Origin: a virus | Lineage: Duplodnaviria; Caudoviricetes | Reading direction: 5' to 3' (one strand) | DNA: 64,000 bases | Virus record (IMG/VR): IMGVR_UViG_3300020577_007013 | Shown: positions 1 to 9,596 of the stretch, piece by piece | How positions within the stretch are numbered: position 1 is the first letter of the stretch | Layout of the letters: each line of letters begins with the position of its first letter | Made by a program: the position numbers and the translations under genes | Notes under the pieces: generated by a model | Told to the model about the DNA's origin: nothing | Database searches by the model: none | The model's input: the letters and a program-made list of their open reading frames with translations, nothing else

Positions 1-223
1 TAAGATCTTGAGATTACTGAAGATAATTCTCCCAGTAGCTGGAATGTATTCCTCGTAATCAAGAATTCCTTTTGGGTTTTCTTTTGTACGAATGTACTTA
101 TGAAGTAGATGTTGTTTGCTGAAGAAAGACTTAGGTGCCTTACTAACATGAATTCCTTCTATCGACATATTTGGTGCTTCTGTATTTTCATTCAACACAT
201 ACTTGTGATGTGGAGAATTAAGT

Positions 224-1102
224 CTAGTGTCTGTTGCCATTTGATTCCTCTTTTTGTTTCATTTTTGTTAAGTTCATTTTATGAGTCTCTAACATGTGAA
301 AGAAGACTCGACTCACTTCGTTTGAAGCTAATTGAAATCTGAATCTTCCCCATTTTATCCATTCAATCCCAGATCCGTCTTCATAGGATTGAACCTCTTT
401 ATCAAAGTTGTCTTCTACATTTATCTTGAAGAAATTTACCATTCTCTTATGGTCGTAGTCAACAAGGATTTCCTTCTGATGCTCGATCTTCGAAAGTAGT
501 AGACTGTTTGATAATATGTAGTCTCTCTTTTCAGAATCGGATGCTTCTCTAAGTCTTCTGAGTTCCTTGAGAAATACAGAAATCGGAATTTTAGAGTGTC
601 TGATGAAAGACTCATCATTTATCTTCATTTTGAAGTTGTCAGAAAGTATGAAAGCTCTCTGAATTATTGCTTTCTCTTTATAGGTTATTTTCTTTCTCAG
701 CTTCGAAAGATCAGATTCGATATCAAGCTTTCCTTCGGAGATTAATTCTGAGATCTCATTATCGGTGTATTTGACTTCCTCTACGACTTCGCAATCGTAT
801 TTGGGATAGAATTGTCTGAGCCACCTATCACAAAGAGTAATGAAGTCAAAGTATGAGATATCTGGATCTACCTTGACAAAATTCTTATTGTCATGTCCGA
901 CTGTAAAATAAATACATTCATGTTTGTAATCCCAAGTACAAATGACCGCAATCGGAAGTTTATCAATAAATTTTGATAAATGTCCCAACAAAGTCTCAAG
1001 ATATTGTTTGTCTTTTTTGTAGATGATTCTAGAAATAAAGACAGGATCAATCATCCATGAGTTTGGTTTCTTATAAGTCTTCTGAGGTTCTTGAAATTCC
1101 AT
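224..1102 (-). CDS. hypothetical phage protein
   Basis: 292-aa ORF coupled to the upstream gene (TAATG overlap at 1102); no recognisable motif. Confidence 0.6.
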   Translation of the reverse strand: MEFQEPQKTYKKPNSWMIDPVFISRIIYKKDKQYLETLLGHLSKFIDKLPIAVICTWDYKHECIYFTVGHDNKNFVKVDPDISYFDFITLCDRWLRQFYPKYDCEVVEEVKYTDNEISELISEGKLDIESDLSKLRKKITYKEKAIIQRAFILSDNFKMKINDESFIRHSKIPISVFLKELRRLREASDSEKRDYILSNSLLLSKIEHQKEILVDYDHKRMVNFFKINVEDNFDKEVQSYEDGSGIEWIKWGRFRFQLASNEVSRVFFHMLETHKMNLTKMKQKEESNGNRH

Positions 1103-2220
1103 TAAGTCCCTTCTTCGAAAAGTATATGAATAATTTTGATTAAATGATTTTCGTCCTCAAATCTCACTGTAGAGAAATTATTGAGATCATCTGAGACATA
1201 CATAAAAATGTTCTCTCCGTCTAATACATTCAAAATCTTCTGAATAGCATCTGAAGAAACAATAATTCTAGATCTCTTATCATTGTCATCGGTAATAATT
1301 GAGTCAGAAGATAGTTCAATATCAATTGAGTCTGAGCTTCTATTTGATTTAGAGTTCTCGATTTCTAACTCAGTCTTAGTAATCTTGAATTTTACTCTAG
1401 AGTCTTTTCTCTCATCCATAATCTTCATTCTCTTTGCCACAGAAAAGAGTGATGACTTAGAGAATTTTACGAATTCCTTATGATTGTAAGATGAGCTTAA
1501 AGTTCCTTTTACGATATTAGGAAGTAGACAAGTCTCGATAGGAACTACACATAGAGTCTCGTCTAATTGGAATGTCCAAAATCCTCTCTCAGTAAAAGTT
1601 CTGACTTGAATACTTGAGAGTCTATATTTACTGAACAGTGATAGAATTTTTATAGGGATGAATATTTTGGACTTCTCATCTCCATCATCATCTTTTTCAT
1701 AGTCAAATTTATTTGATGAAGCAGAAATACAAGCAACGCTTTGATAATCTGATGATGCAAAATTGTCAGACTGCAATGCAACGAAAGCGAATCTGTCTTC
1801 TCCACAAAAATCAGAACAGAAGTACGCCATTTCTAAGTCTTTGATTTCAAAGACCTCTTCAGGTTTAGAATTCTTGAGATCAAGAAAATCAACAATGTCG
1901 GGATAAGTAATGTCTAGACTTTCGAAATTGTATTTCGATTTTCCTCCAAAAGAAATTCCGTCTTTGGAAATATTTACCTGATCTGAAGATTTGACCAATT
2001 GTATGAAGTTTTGTGTCTCGTAAAGAAACTCAAAATCTTCAAGACCTCTCTGATTCGAGACATCGATCTCTTTAATTGCTTTGAGTGATCCACTCAATTG
2101 AGTGAATCTTGCAATTCCATTCTTAAGACTAATGTGGATTTTATCAGACAACTTTCCTGTCTTATCTTTTGCATGTTCGAAGATTGACAGAAAACTGAGT
2201 TGCTCTTTTTTAATTATCAT
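1102..2220 (-). CDS. DNA sliding clamp (beta-clamp-like)
   Basis: 372 aa, the size and beta-rich three-domain pattern of bacterial-type clamps; lies in a replication operon. Confidence 0.55.
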   Translation of the reverse strand: MIIKKEQLSFLSIFEHAKDKTGKLSDKIHISLKNGIARFTQLSGSLKAIKEIDVSNQRGLEDFEFLYETQNFIQLVKSSDQVNISKDGISFGGKSKYNFESLDITYPDIVDFLDLKNSKPEEVFEIKDLEMAYFCSDFCGEDRFAFVALQSDNFASSDYQSVACISASSNKFDYEKDDDGDEKSKIFIPIKILSLFSKYRLSSIQVRTFTERGFWTFQLDETLCVVPIETCLLPNIVKGTLSSSYNHKEFVKFSKSSLFSVAKRMKIMDERKDSRVKFKITKTELEIENSKSNRSSDSIDIELSSDSIITDDNDKRSRIIVSSDAIQKILNVLDGENIFMYVSDDLNNFSTVRFEDENHLIKIIHILFEEGT

Positions 2221-2267
2221 AATTTGCTTTTCCTAATTATATGCAGTGTTAAAGGTATAATATGGAA

Positions 2268-4436
2268 TTATGAGACCATCTCAAAAACCTCTGCCTCTTT
2301 CTCATTGACGAGATACTCTTTTGAGACTTCTTTATGAGTCACACAAATGATTTGTTCATACTCTTCATTAAGAAGGTTTTCGAAGACATTAAGAGAATTC
2401 TCGTCTTCTGCAGAAGAGTCGATTTCATCAAGTAAGTAGAATCCTAAGTTCTGAATCGAAGTTAATGCCACTCTAAATGACAGAGACAAAGCTTGTTTTT
2501 CAAATCCTGCAGCGACCCCTACAGACTTGTAGATTTTATCATCTGGACTATAAAAGAAATGTACAGACTTATTGTCTTTCTTGAAATCGATAAGATATCT
2601 TCCATAGGTTTTCGTAAAGAACTCATTCATCTTAGTCTTGATGTATGTAGATCCTTCGTCGATCACATAAGAAGAAAAGTCTTTGTCTAGAAGTTTTCTC
2701 GTTTCAGTTAAGACTCTTTGTCTAGAGCTACAGTCATTGTACTCATTTTCCTTATCTTCTATCGATTTCTTATTTTCCTCTTCTTTTGTTTTTACATCGC
2801 TATTGAACTTTAATGCTTCTTCTCTCTGTTTCTTTTTCTCTTCATAGACAGTTATAAGTTTCTCAGTTTCTTTGTACTCTGATTCTTCTTCAAAAATAGG
2901 TCTCTCCAATTTTTTAGGCTCTACTAATTTTAAGAGACTATCGATTTCAATTTTCTTACTCTCAATGAGAGCTTCTAAAGTGAGTTTTTCTTTGTCTGAA
3001 TTTTTATTCTTCTTATCGATTTCTTGATTTTTCTCTTTGTCTCTAGTAAAGTCTTTTTCAATTTGTCTACATTTTTCTAATGAAGCTCTGAAGTCTTCAG
3101 AAGGTTTCTCTATTTTAGGAAGATCATTTAACAGTTTTTCGAACTCTTCCTTATTTTCTTCAAGAGACTTTTTATTTGCAAGATTCAGATCATTTGCAGA
3201 CTTGTCATCTTTAAATTTTGTAATTTTCTCTTTTGATTCAGATAAAGACTTCGACTTCTCAGAAAGAAGTTCTGAGTTTTTCTTAAGTTCATTTTCAATA
3301 TGAGAAGGATCTTCCTCAAAAGGAGTACCGCATTTAGAGCATTTTCCTTCTTTACAAAGTTCTAGTGATGACTCTAATTGAAGCCTAGATGAATTTAAGG
3401 AATTGACTTCCTCTTGAATTGTATTTATCTCGTCATCAGAGACTTCACATTTTCCTATTCTCTTAATTTGAATTTTGGAGATTTTGTCTTCTATCGATTT
3501 GATTTTATCTTCATAGTTCTTTGAGTCTTTGAGATATTGTGTATATGATTTATTTGTTAGATCGAATTCATTCTCGAGTTTTTCATATTTTTTGAGTTCG
3601 ACTTTATTTGTTTTCTCAAGCTCATCGTCGATCTCTATAGATGGAAGAATTACAAGCTTCTTAATTTTTTCGTTTGTTTCAGTAATTTCCTTTTCTAGAG
3701 TTTCTTTTCGGAGAACTTTTTTCTCGTATTCTTCTATGTCTTTCTTATTTTGATCATAAGACTCCAAGAGTCTCTCATACTCTCTTTTACTCTCTGAAAG
3801 TTTAGAGAACTTTTTGTTGATCTCAGTGATGTCTTCCAAGTCCTGAACAATTTGATAGTTGAATTTCACTTGTTTCAGAACTGAGATTTCTGAATCTAGA
3901 GCAAGACATCTGAGTTTTAAGGTCTCTATATCATCTTTGAGATTTTGTGAGATTTCTTCTATTCGTTCAAGTCCCAAAATCTGCTTGAGTTTTTTGAGCC
4001 TATCAGAAGGATTTTCAAAGAGAAGTGAAGTAGCTTCGTGTTGAGTAGAAATGCTCGAATAAAGTATGAGTTTAGGATTATAGAGCTCTTTGATTTTCTT
4101 GACAGCATCTGAATTTTTGTATTCCTCTGTAGAATTAGAGACTTTAAGTAGACGCTCTGTCGATCCCTTAAGTTTGAGAATTACTTTATAGTCGTATTCG
4201 ACTCCTAAATGGGTGAATTTTATATAGAGCTCTGATGTCTCTACCCCGTCAGACCAATTGATGTATTCAGAAATTGACTCATAAAGTTCGTCAGTGAGGA
4301 GATAAGTAATAGCGTCGATAACTGACGACTTTCCAGATCCGTTCTTTCCGATAAGTATAGAGACAGGCTTTGTAAAAAAGAATTCCTTGTCTCTGACAGA
4401 TTTGAAGTTGACAAGTCTAAGGTAATTAATCTTCAT
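2268..4436 (-). CDS. SbcC/Rad50 (gp46-like) SMC-type recombination ATPase
   Basis: N-terminal LVNFKS and Walker A GKNGSGKSS, long coiled coil with central CSKC zinc hook, C-terminal LLDEID Walker B and VTH. Confidence 0.9.
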   Translation of the reverse strand: MKINYLRLVNFKSVRDKEFFFTKPVSILIGKNGSGKSSVIDAITYLLTDELYESISEYINWSDGVETSELYIKFTHLGVEYDYKVILKLKGSTERLLKVSNSTEEYKNSDAVKKIKELYNPKLILYSSISTQHEATSLLFENPSDRLKKLKQILGLERIEEISQNLKDDIETLKLRCLALDSEISVLKQVKFNYQIVQDLEDITEINKKFSKLSESKREYERLLESYDQNKKDIEEYEKKVLRKETLEKEITETNEKIKKLVILPSIEIDDELEKTNKVELKKYEKLENEFDLTNKSYTQYLKDSKNYEDKIKSIEDKISKIQIKRIGKCEVSDDEINTIQEEVNSLNSSRLQLESSLELCKEGKCSKCGTPFEEDPSHIENELKKNSELLSEKSKSLSESKEKITKFKDDKSANDLNLANKKSLEENKEEFEKLLNDLPKIEKPSEDFRASLEKCRQIEKDFTRDKEKNQEIDKKNKNSDKEKLTLEALIESKKIEIDSLLKLVEPKKLERPIFEEESEYKETEKLITVYEEKKKQREEALKFNSDVKTKEEENKKSIEDKENEYNDCSSRQRVLTETRKLLDKDFSSYVIDEGSTYIKTKMNEFFTKTYGRYLIDFKKDNKSVHFFYSPDDKIYKSVGVAAGFEKQALSLSFRVALTSIQNLGFYLLDEIDSSAEDENSLNVFENLLNEEYEQIICVTHKEVSKEYLVNEKEAEVFEMVS

Positions 4437-4674
4437 TTTGACTAAAGTCTAGGTTTAGGAGCTCTGTCATGATTTTGTTGATTTCCTCACAACAAAGTAG
4501 ATATTTTTCTTTTGAGATCTTCTCAGTTGGAATTTCCAAAATAGAGAGTATGTCATTGAATAATGAGACCTCTACAGGAGACATTCCACTCTCTAAATCG
4601 CTTTTATGGATATGATATTGTCTTCCTGGAATTTGTAAGAGATCTTCAGGTCTGTGATCTGTATCTTCTTCCAT
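4426..4674 (-). CDS. hypothetical protein, paralog of 4674-4946
   Basis: shares ILxxLxIPxExISxExxLxCCE with its neighbour. Confidence 0.6.
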   Translation of the reverse strand: MEEDTDHRPEDLLQIPGRQYHIHKSDLESGMSPVEVSLFNDILSILEIPTEKISKEKYLLCCEEINKIMTELLNLDFSQNED

Positions 4675-4946
4675 TATTCCTCCACTATAGGCTTTTCAGC
4701 TTCTTCTAAATCAGGCTCGTCATCTTCAGTGTCTACAAATTGACCAATTTCTACCATATCGATCATAAGACAGTAGACAGTTTCACAGCAGTCTAGAAAT
4801 TGCTCTTCTGAAATGGACTCGAATGGTATTTTTAATGTGTTGAGAATTGAAAGAACAGTGGAGATTTCGAGAGGGATTTCTCCCTCTCCTATCTCTTCAG
4901 ATTCTTTAGGTTCTATGTAACCTTGAAGTATCTCTTTTGCTGTCAT
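4674..4946 (-). CDS. hypothetical acidic protein, paralog of 4426-4674
   Basis: translationally coupled to both neighbours; shared CCE motif. Confidence 0.6.
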   Translation of the reverse strand: MTAKEILQGYIEPKESEEIGEGEIPLEISTVLSILNTLKIPFESISEEQFLDCCETVYCLMIDMVEIGQFVDTEDDEPDLEEAEKPIVEE

Positions 4947-5902
4947 TCTTCCTCTGAAGACTCGATCTCTTGATCTACTTCCGATTCCTCTACTTGAGAA
5001 ATAGGTTCAGATCCTTGAGCTTCTCTTCGACGTTGACGTCCTTCTTCAGAAGCATTAGCCATCTTCTCTATAGAGATCTCTCTATGATATTGAATGACTT
5101 TCTGTTTGATTTCTTCACAAAGATCTCGGTTATCCATGAGCAGTTGAGAACTTTTATCAAGTCCTTGCCCTAATCTCGTTTCACCGTATGCATACCAGCT
5201 TCCTGATTTTTTTACGATTTTGATCTTTTCTGCTTCTTCAATTATAGATCCTTCTTTGTTAAAGTAACCGTCAAACATGAGATCGAATTCAGCAATCTTA
5301 AATGGAGGTGAGACTTTATTTTTTACGAACTTAGCTCTCACTCTATTACCGATTTGATTATCACCTTTCTTTAGTGACTCAATTTTAGCGACTTCAATTC
5401 TTTGTGAAGCAAAGAACTTAAGAGCTTTACCACCACTCGTTGTTACTGGAGATCCGTAAGAGTTATGGGAAAGAATTCCGTTTGTAAAAAGATTATGATT
5501 GTCTTCGACCTCAAGATCATAGACTTTAATTTTTTCTTCAGTCTTCTCAATTTGACCTGTCTTCCAATTTCCATTTTCAAATAAATAGAAGTTTCCATTA
5601 TACTTTGAATATAAGAGACCTACTTCTAGATAAGAAGAGAACTCTGAAGATTTATCCAATCTGGCAGAAAGTCTATGTTCTTTTGAGACTTCTAATTTTC
5701 CATTTACTAAATATTTTTCACTATCAGGCTTCCTCATAAGCCTTTTAATTTTCTTGAATTCTTCTTGTTTTGTCGTGTGGTTAAAAGACTTGACTTTGAT
5801 CTCTTTATCAGAAATGTCTATAGACTCGTTCTCCTTCAAAGAAGTCTCATCTATTCCTATTTTTGAGAATAGTTCTCCCATTTTTATTTTTTCAGTTACC
5901 AT
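4943..5902 (-). CDS. recA: split-intein C-fragment (147 aa) fused to the C-terminal half of RecA
   Basis: intein block B SKEH, block F VYDLEVEDNHNLFTNG, terminal HN/S junction, then RecA SYGSPVTTSGGKALKFFASQRIEV...KNKVSPPF...KSGSWY; RBS AGGGGA upstream. Confidence 0.92.
   Translation of the reverse strand: MVTEKIKMGELFSKIGIDETSLKENESIDISDKEIKVKSFNHTTKQEEFKKIKRLMRKPDSEKYLVNGKLEVSKEHRLSARLDKSSEFSSYLEVGLLYSKYNGNFYLFENGNWKTGQIEKTEEKIKVYDLEVEDNHNLFTNGILSHNSYGSPVTTSGGKALKFFASQRIEVAKIESLKKGDNQIGNRVRAKFVKNKVSPPFKIAEFDLMFDGYFNKEGSIIEEAEKIKIVKKSGSWYAYGETRLGQGLDKSSQLLMDNRDLCEEIKQKVIQYHREISIEKMANASEEGRQRRREAQGSEPISQVEESEVDQEIESSEEE
5462..5902 (-). mobile_element. split intein C-terminal fragment (IntC)
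   Basis: residues 1-147 end in ILSHN; Asn codon at 5462-5464 followed by Ser+1. Confidence 0.88.
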
Positions 5903-6851
5903 TTGATTCCCCTTGTATTTTTTCAGATTTTATAAATTCGAATAGCTCGTTTTTACATTTTTCGTAATTGTTCATTAAGTCCATTTCCCAAATTATGTAG
6001 TATCTGTAATTATTTTCTAATATCCATTGCTTTTTCCTTATATCATTCACGAGATTTGATTTTTGAAAGTTGTTTAATTCTACAGAAGATGTATAAATTC
6101 TAGGATTTGAATGAACATAATCCCCATTAACTTCAATGACAGTCTTATCATTAACTAAAAAATCCACACGATAATTTTTACAAAGATACCTTTCTCTTCT
6201 AAAATCAACCTTAGCTTCAAGAAGAATGTCGAAGACCATTCTCTCTATTCTAGTCATCTTTTTATTAATGGGATTCGGCTCTCCTAAAATTTTTAATTTG
6301 TAGTTTTTCCAAAGTTTTTTGAGAACTTTAGAAGAGATCTCATAAGATATACAAAGCTGATTCCAAGTCATGAGTCTTGTGTCATTAAGAAAATTTTTCC
6401 ATTTCTCTACACTCCAATTTTTAATTTGACTGGGAGACTTAGTGGTCGTCTCCTTAAGTCTCTTTTTAAGTTCTTTGTTTTCTCTAAAAAATCCAGTAAG
6501 TCTTTTAGAAGAATAAAAAGAGAGTCCTAATTCTTCCCAGATAATCCATAGTTTATGGGTATGGGGAGTGGAGTTAATGTAGTCTACGAGAATCATTTTG
6601 TCTTTTTCTGTTAGCTCTCTTCTTTTTAAAAGTTTTGTTTTTTTAACTTTAGAGACTCTTTCAGGAGAGTGCTTTACCCCTAAAAGAGAGTCTCTAATTT
6701 TCTTTCCAACTTCAGGTCTTTTGGTTCCTAAAATTCTCCTTCCAGTTAATTGTCCTAAACACTTTCGACTGCATACTTTTTTCTGTCTGACTTTTAAAAT
6801 TGACTCACAGACTTCACATTTTCTTTCCACATAGATTAGTTCATTAATCAA
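5892..6851 (-). CDS. free-standing homing endonuclease, Vsr-like/DUF559 PD-(D/E)xK type, between the recA halves
   Basis: N-terminal CxxC...CxxxC and NUMOD-like segment; C-terminal YRVDF...IEVNGDYVH...DIRK...IIWEMD. Confidence 0.85.
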   Translation of the reverse strand: MINELIYVERKCEVCESILKVRQKKVCSRKCLGQLTGRRILGTKRPEVGKKIRDSLLGVKHSPERVSKVKKTKLLKRRELTEKDKMILVDYINSTPHTHKLWIIWEELGLSFYSSKRLTGFFRENKELKKRLKETTTKSPSQIKNWSVEKWKNFLNDTRLMTWNQLCISYEISSKVLKKLWKNYKLKILGEPNPINKKMTRIERMVFDILLEAKVDFRRERYLCKNYRVDFLVNDKTVIEVNGDYVHSNPRIYTSSVELNNFQKSNLVNDIRKKQWILENNYRYYIIWEMDLMNNYEKCKNELFEFIKSEKIQGESNGN

Positions 6852-7541
6852 TTAGAATTGAATTTCGAGTTCAGTATTACTACTGAAACAACCAATATTA
6901 CTTCTAGTTTGGTTAATGAATACCAACGTTGTGTTTGTCTTCTGAACTGCTGCTGTAAGCTTTCTAAGAGCTTGACCCATAAGTCTCGCTAAGATCGCCA
7001 TGTGTGCATCACCCATGTCTCCTTCAGCTTCTGCTCTAGGTACAAGTGCAGCGACTGAGTCGACTACTACAATGTCTAGACCACCTGATTTTACGAATGC
7101 ATCAACGATCTCTAATGCTTGTTCAGCACCGTCAGGTTGACTGACTAAGAGTTCATCGACATTCACTCCTAATTTTCTTGCCCAAACTGGATCTAATGCA
7201 TGTTCTACGTCGACAAATGCACAAATACCGTCATTCTTTTGGGCTTGAGCTATAAGATTGAGTACAAGTGATGTTTTTCCACTAGATTCATTCCCATAAA
7301 TCTCTATGATCCTTCCTCTAGGAAATCCACCTATTCCAGAAGCTATGTCAAGAGAAAGAATATCAGTTTCTATATGAGGAAAATCGATTCTATTTGAATC
7401 CATCCTCATGATAGTTCCTTGTCCGTAAGCTTTTTCTAAGAGAAGTATTGCCGGATCTAGACTCTTCAACCTCTCTATTTTTGAAAGCCTAGGTATTGAT
7501 TCTGCAGTCTTAGAGACTACATCATTAAATGTTTCTGCCAT
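6852..7541 (-). CDS. recA: N-terminal half of RecA fused to IntN
   Basis: [49 protein letters not shown]. Confidence 0.95.
   Translation of the reverse strand: MAETFNDVVSKTAESIPRLSKIERLKSLDPAILLLEKAYGQGTIMRMDSNRIDFPHIETDILSLDIASGIGGFPRGRIIEIYGNESSGKTSLVLNLIAQAQKNDGICAFVDVEHALDPVWARKLGVNVDELLVSQPDGAEQALEIVDAFVKSGGLDIVVVDSVAALVPRAEAEGDMGDAHMAILARLMGQALRKLTAAVQKTNTTLVFINQTRSNIGCFSSNTELEIQF
6855..6890 (-). mobile_element. split intein N-terminal fragment (IntN, 12 aa [12 protein letters not shown])
   Basis: block A start CFSxxT directly after Rec[11 protein letters not shown], followed by a TAA stop. Confidence 0.85.
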
Positions 7542-7555
7542 TTTATTTATCTCCT

Positions 7556-8068
7556 TTATTTATCATTTCGTATTCCTGAAAAAGCCATCCTAAACCAGTT
7601 CTCTCTTTCATCTGTCGTGATTGGTTTGTTAGTGACAGGATGGAGAAGTTTGTCAAGACGACCGTGGAAAAAACGAGCACAAAGTACCAAATTTGAAATT
7701 TCATATTTCAGTTCACCACTCTGTGCTCTTGATACAATGTGACAAGTGTCTAAAGTTTTTGACAGTAGACTGAACTCAATCGGAAAAGTCTTTAACACAT
7801 AGATCTGTTCATCCTTTGTAAGGATGTTCCAAATTCTACAAGTCTTATCTCTCAGTTTGACTTCCTTGACCAAATCTATCCAAATTTTATTTTCTTCCTT
7901 CTTTTCTTCTTTCCTATCTTTGTCTTTTACAAGCTTTCTGCCATACCTATCAAAGCAGCTTTTTTGCTTTCCTTCAGTAAGGCATTTATGAGTCTTCATA
8001 GTCTTGCGAAGGCAATGTCCTTTATTGCAATGACTAGAGAACTCTTCGAAAGTCTTGATTTTTTTCAA
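7556..8068 (-). CDS. HNH-like nuclease
   Basis: RDKTCRI...CHIVSR...NLVLC...HGRLD beta-beta-alpha-Me pattern. Confidence 0.55.
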   Translation of the reverse strand: MKKIKTFEEFSSHCNKGHCLRKTMKTHKCLTEGKQKSCFDRYGRKLVKDKDRKEEKKEENKIWIDLVKEVKLRDKTCRIWNILTKDEQIYVLKTFPIEFSLLSKTLDTCHIVSRAQSGELKYEISNLVLCARFFHGRLDKLLHPVTNKPITTDERENWFRMAFSGIRNDK

Positions 8069-8074
8069 GTCAGT

Positions 8075-9451
8075 CTACTCGTATTTAACACCGCAGACAG
8101 CACATTGTCCGACTTCTTGTGGGAAGCTCGTAACAGTTACACCGTCAGCAAAGTGACATGTTTCATCTGAGCAAGGCATTGTCGTGATGCCTTTCTTGAA
8201 TTTAGGTACACCTTTCTCATTAAAGTTCTCGATAATAGAGATGATCGTCGATTTGTCTTTATCTCCGAGTTTACCCCAACTCTTGAAGTTTTTAGCACAT
8301 TGTTCTTCAAGTGTAAGACCTTCTGAGTTGACAACTTTAAATTCTTCCTTTGACTCTTGAACTTGTCTCTTGACAAATGATTCTGATTCTTCAGGCTTAG
8401 GTGCTGTTGAGACTGCTGGTTTGTTAGCAGCTCTGTTTTCATCCCATTTTTTCTTTTCTTCAGAAGCGAGATGCTCGAGAATATCGTAATAGTTTGTGTT
8501 ACAAACTGCATCCACAGCTTTGAAAAGATTCGGAACTTTTTTCAGAAGCTTTGTATAGGTGGTCGTTGGGAAGATTTTATCAAGATCATATTTCTCATAA
8601 GCTTTTTCACTATCTGTGAGAGCTTCTAAATTTGCCAACTTTACAGATTCTTCAGAAATATATTTTTTGTCTGAACCGTCATAGACGTCATACTTTTTAT
8701 TCTTACGATCTTTATTGATCACAAAGTCTTCGTCGTACCAACCCTTTCTGAATCTAGCTGTTTTCTCAATGATTTGATCGTACAGTTGACCGGGAATTCC
8801 TAGATCAGTAAAGTAGATAGGAACATTGTCCTTTTCACTATTCTTCCAAAAATTATGTTTAGAAGAGAGTAGTTTTGTATGAGAGTTCTCTTTGCAGTAA
8901 TTGTCATGACGATCAATTACATTCATGACTACTCGTCTAGAGTATCTGAATCCAGGAGGATATTTGTCTCCAGCTTTTCTGTTAGAGTCTACTCTTTTAT
9001 AAGCGTCAGTCTCGGTATGGAGATAAACCCATTGTCCAGTCTTTCCGTCTTTGACTACACCTTCTTCAAATTTCTCCCAACGTCTTGCCATAATTGCATC
9101 ATACAATTTATGTAAGATCCATTCCTTGTCTACTTCTCCAGTCTCTCTTAAGAAACCATTCTCAAGAGTTTTGGTTTTTTGAGGCCAGTTAATTTTGACA
9201 TAAGATTTTCCATCATCAGAAAGAATTTCTGAATGATAAACTATCTTTGAGTCTGTTGGTGAAATTCTAAATTCAGCTGACTTACCTACGATACGAAAGA
9301 CTTTTTCTTTCATGTCTTCTAAGCCTAACCATTCAGGTGCTTCGTAGTCTCGACTGTAGTTAGAAGTTGTTTTTTCTTTTTTCTTGTCTTTTTCTTTCTG
9401 ACGCCTTTCGTAAATTGCTTTAAAGTCATCCATTGACTCTGTATTTTCCAT
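8075..9451 (-). CDS. putative single-stranded DNA-binding protein (gp32-like) with C-terminal Cys cluster
   Basis: next to recA; FRIVG, VMNVIDR and YDLDKIF segments resemble phage gp32-type SSBs; SD AGGAG. Confidence 0.5.
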   Translation of the reverse strand: MENTESMDDFKAIYERRQKEKDKKKEKTTSNYSRDYEAPEWLGLEDMKEKVFRIVGKSAEFRISPTDSKIVYHSEILSDDGKSYVKINWPQKTKTLENGFLRETGEVDKEWILHKLYDAIMARRWEKFEEGVVKDGKTGQWVYLHTETDAYKRVDSNRKAGDKYPPGFRYSRRVVMNVIDRHDNYCKENSHTKLLSSKHNFWKNSEKDNVPIYFTDLGIPGQLYDQIIEKTARFRKGWYDEDFVINKDRKNKKYDVYDGSDKKYISEESVKLANLEALTDSEKAYEKYDLDKIFPTTTYTKLLKKVPNLFKAVDAVCNTNYYDILEHLASEEKKKWDENRAANKPAVSTAPKPEESESFVKRQVQESKEEFKVVNSEGLTLEEQCAKNFKSWGKLGDKDKSTIISIIENFNEKGVPKFKKGITTMPCSDETCHFADGVTVTSFPQEVGQCAVCGVKYE

Positions 9452-9454
9452 TTT

Positions 9455-9540
9455 ATTCTCCTGTCACTGTTTTCATTTTTCCTGTCACATTTACTGTGAC
9501 GACTGAGTTTTACAATTGTGACTTATTGTAAATGCTCAGT
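9455..9540 (-). promoter_or_regulatory. structured 5' leader (two hairpins, possible pseudoknot) of the putative ssb gene
   Basis: inverted repeats 9502-9540 (ACTGAG/CTCAGT plus TTTACAAT/ATTGTAAA) and 9484-9500 (GTCACA/TGTGAC). Confidence 0.5.
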
Positions 9541-9543
9541 TAG

Positions 9544-9561
9544 CTATCTATATTAGACTTT
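9544..9561 (-). promoter_or_regulatory. repeated promoter-like motif CTAATATAGATAG
   Basis: identical 13-mer at 24055-24067; TATATTAGACTTT also at 24392-24404; all three are intergenic and upstream of minus-strand units. Confidence 0.55.
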
Positions 9562-9596
9562 CCTGAGTTAAAGGAAAATTTAATATGAATAATTAG

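Noticed and set aside
5903-6854. Group I intron or stop-codon readthrough explaining the recA split
   Set aside because: The interval is entirely filled by the endonuclease ORF, leaving no room for an intron core; the stop is TAA; other genes read normally in code 11; both halves carry intein motifs
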